Source of the DNA: Squalus acanthias
Lineage: Eukaryota
Assembly (NCBI GenBank): GCA_030390025.1
Contig: CM059432.1
Span: 150,042,001 to 150,106,000 of the forward strand
Length of the DNA: 64,000 nt
Reading direction: 5' to 3'
Made by a program: the position numbers and the translations under genes. Positions 62,076-64,000 of this stretch are shown here, piece by piece (position 1 is the stretch's first letter; each line of letters opens with the position of its first letter). The notes beneath the pieces are model-generated. The model did not search any database and had not been told where the DNA came from. It saw only the letters and a list, made by a program, of their open reading frames with translations.

Positions 62076-63235
62076 GATATTTCTATGATAAGATAGCAAA
62101 GTTTCTAAGCGGCTTTGATGCCAAATATCAATTCTAAGAGCAGAGTGTTGTAGATTGGAAGCTCAGCATCATGGGTTATTCAAACTTGCTGTCCCAAGAA
62201 TAATGGAATCAAAAAATACAATTTGTCCATCAAGCCCCTTTTTTCTACACCTGTATGATCTATTCCATTCTAGACTCAACGCAATCCTGAGCAACAGTTG
62301 TGCAAAGATTCCCTCTGCTTCCCCATGACAAATGAAGACAAATTTCATCCGACTATTTCATCCTTGACTGGTTGGCGTGGCAGGGTATACTGACCTGTCT
62401 AGGTGTTAAAGCAGTGGGACTGGAATGTGGGGAGCATAACGTCCACTGAATTTCACCCCACCCCCCCCCCCCGCCACCACCCCATCCCTCCAGTTCCCTG
62501 TTCCAGGCTGAACACCCAGGATTTTCCAGGATTGGTTCTTGGCGATCACCTTGGCCCATATTGTTTCTGGAGCTCGGCAAGGGCATGGGGGGGGGGGGGA
62601 AATTGAACACTTCAGCAGCCCTTACAGAGCTGCGGGTAAAATTTAATGGGATGGAGCCACTTAAAGGTAATAGTGTTAAAAATTGTCGCAGCGTTGTTTA
62701 ATGGCTGGTAGAATGGAGATGGTACTGCATGAGGCAGGTGTGAGGAGGGTTAGTCTGCCAGGAGGTGACGGCCATGGTCAACACTGCTTATAGTACCCGC
62801 AGGACCTAGGAATAGAGCTGGAAAAAGATACAATACCTTAAAGAATCGGCCAAGGTAAGACCACCTAATAGTGCCATTTACCAGGGAGACAGATTAAATA
62901 TGCTTGCCACAAAGGGTTGTCTGTCAACTTATTCCACGTTTACTGCCAGCCCATGCCAAACCCTCACCAACCCTACAGCTTTTTCATTGCTTATCGTGCA
63001 TGCCCATTCTCTATGTTTCAGGTTGGCTGCAAGTGAGCTTAAAGTAAATGGTAAAGCGATGTAACTGGCCTGTGGAGCCAATGGTCCTTGGTCATTGGCA
63101 GGTAGGCATGCCAAGGCCACCAGGTATGAGGCATAACTGCAGGTGCAGCCAATGCAATTTAGTTAGGTACTTGCTGATCTCCATATCGTGCCTTTTTTCA
63201 TCTTGTACCACTTCGGTGAAGAAATACAATATTTC

Positions 63236-64000
63236 ATAGAATCAGAGAATCTTACAGCATAGAAGGAGATCATTTGGCCCGTCATGTCTGTGCCGGCTCT
63301 TTGAAAGAGCTGTCCAATTTAGTCCCACACCCCAGCTTTTTCCCCATAACCCTGCAAATGAGTCCTCTTCAAGTACATGTCCAATGGCCTTTTGAAAGTT
63401 CCCATGGAATCTGATTCAGGAAGTGCATTCCAGATCTTAACAACCCTCTGTTTCATTTCTCTCAAGTTCGTTTGCCAATTATTTTAAATCTACGACCTTT
63501 GGTTACCGACCCACTTGCCAGAGAAAATGGTTTCTCCCTACTTGCTCTATCAAAAGCCCTCATAATTTTGAATACCTTCATTGGGTCTCCCCTTACCCTT
63601 CTCTGCTCTAAGGAGAACAATCCCAGCATCTCTAATCTCTCCACACAACTGAACTCCCTCATCCCTAGTATCATCCTGATAAACCTCCTCTGTACCCTCT
63701 CCAGGGCCTTGACATCCTTCCTAAAGTGCGGTGTCCAGAACTGTACACAATACTCCAGCTGAGGTCTAACCAGTGATTTGTAAGGGTCCAGCTTGACTTG
63801 TTGTTTTTGTATTCAATGTCCCTATTTACAAAGCTAAGTATCCCATACACTTCCTTAACTGTCTTATCAACTTGCTCTACCAACTTCAAAGATTTGTGAA
63901 TATGCACCCCCAGTTCCTTCTGCTTTTTCACCCCCCTCAAAACAGTACCATTTAGAATATCCTGCCTCTCCATGTTGTTCTTCCCAAAGTGCATCACTTC
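63236..64000 (-). mobile_element. Old CR1 LINE 3' part, running off the window end
   Basis: ORF remnants 63462..63674 and 63671..63997; CATAGAATC tail. Confidence 0.9.

Overview
Eukaryotic, repeat-dominated, non-coding DNA (intronic or intergenic). It is most likely from a cartilaginous fish (shark), inferred from HER1/CR1-type LINEs, an HE1-like V-SINE and a SacSINE/DeuSINE-like element. I recognise no host protein-coding gene. The window is a mosaic of: about 12 5'-truncated CR1 LINE pieces; L2 3' fragments; degenerate PIF/Harbinger transposons (DDE transposase plus Myb/SANT partner remnants) and many of their MITEs, some nested; Penelope-like (GIY-YIG) retroelements; three or four solo LTR-like elements; SINEs; and five tandem arrays that generate the long low-complexity ORFs. 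Most notable are: (i) six minimal hammerhead-ribozyme motifs from two Penelope-associated families, including a 381-bp ORF-less fold-back element with an 11-bp TSD; (ii) two copies of a 229-bp LTR-like element with asymmetric ends (TGAC...GTCATT) and 3-bp TSDs; (iii) a ~1.6-kb solo LTR with a 4-bp TSD; (iv) minisatellites born inside transposons, including exactly 14 copies of the CR1 3'-UTR stem arm; and (v) an RFX X-box/CCAAT cluster in unique DNA. Boundaries not tied to a TSD or TIR are approximate. Family names are assigned by eye, not by database search.
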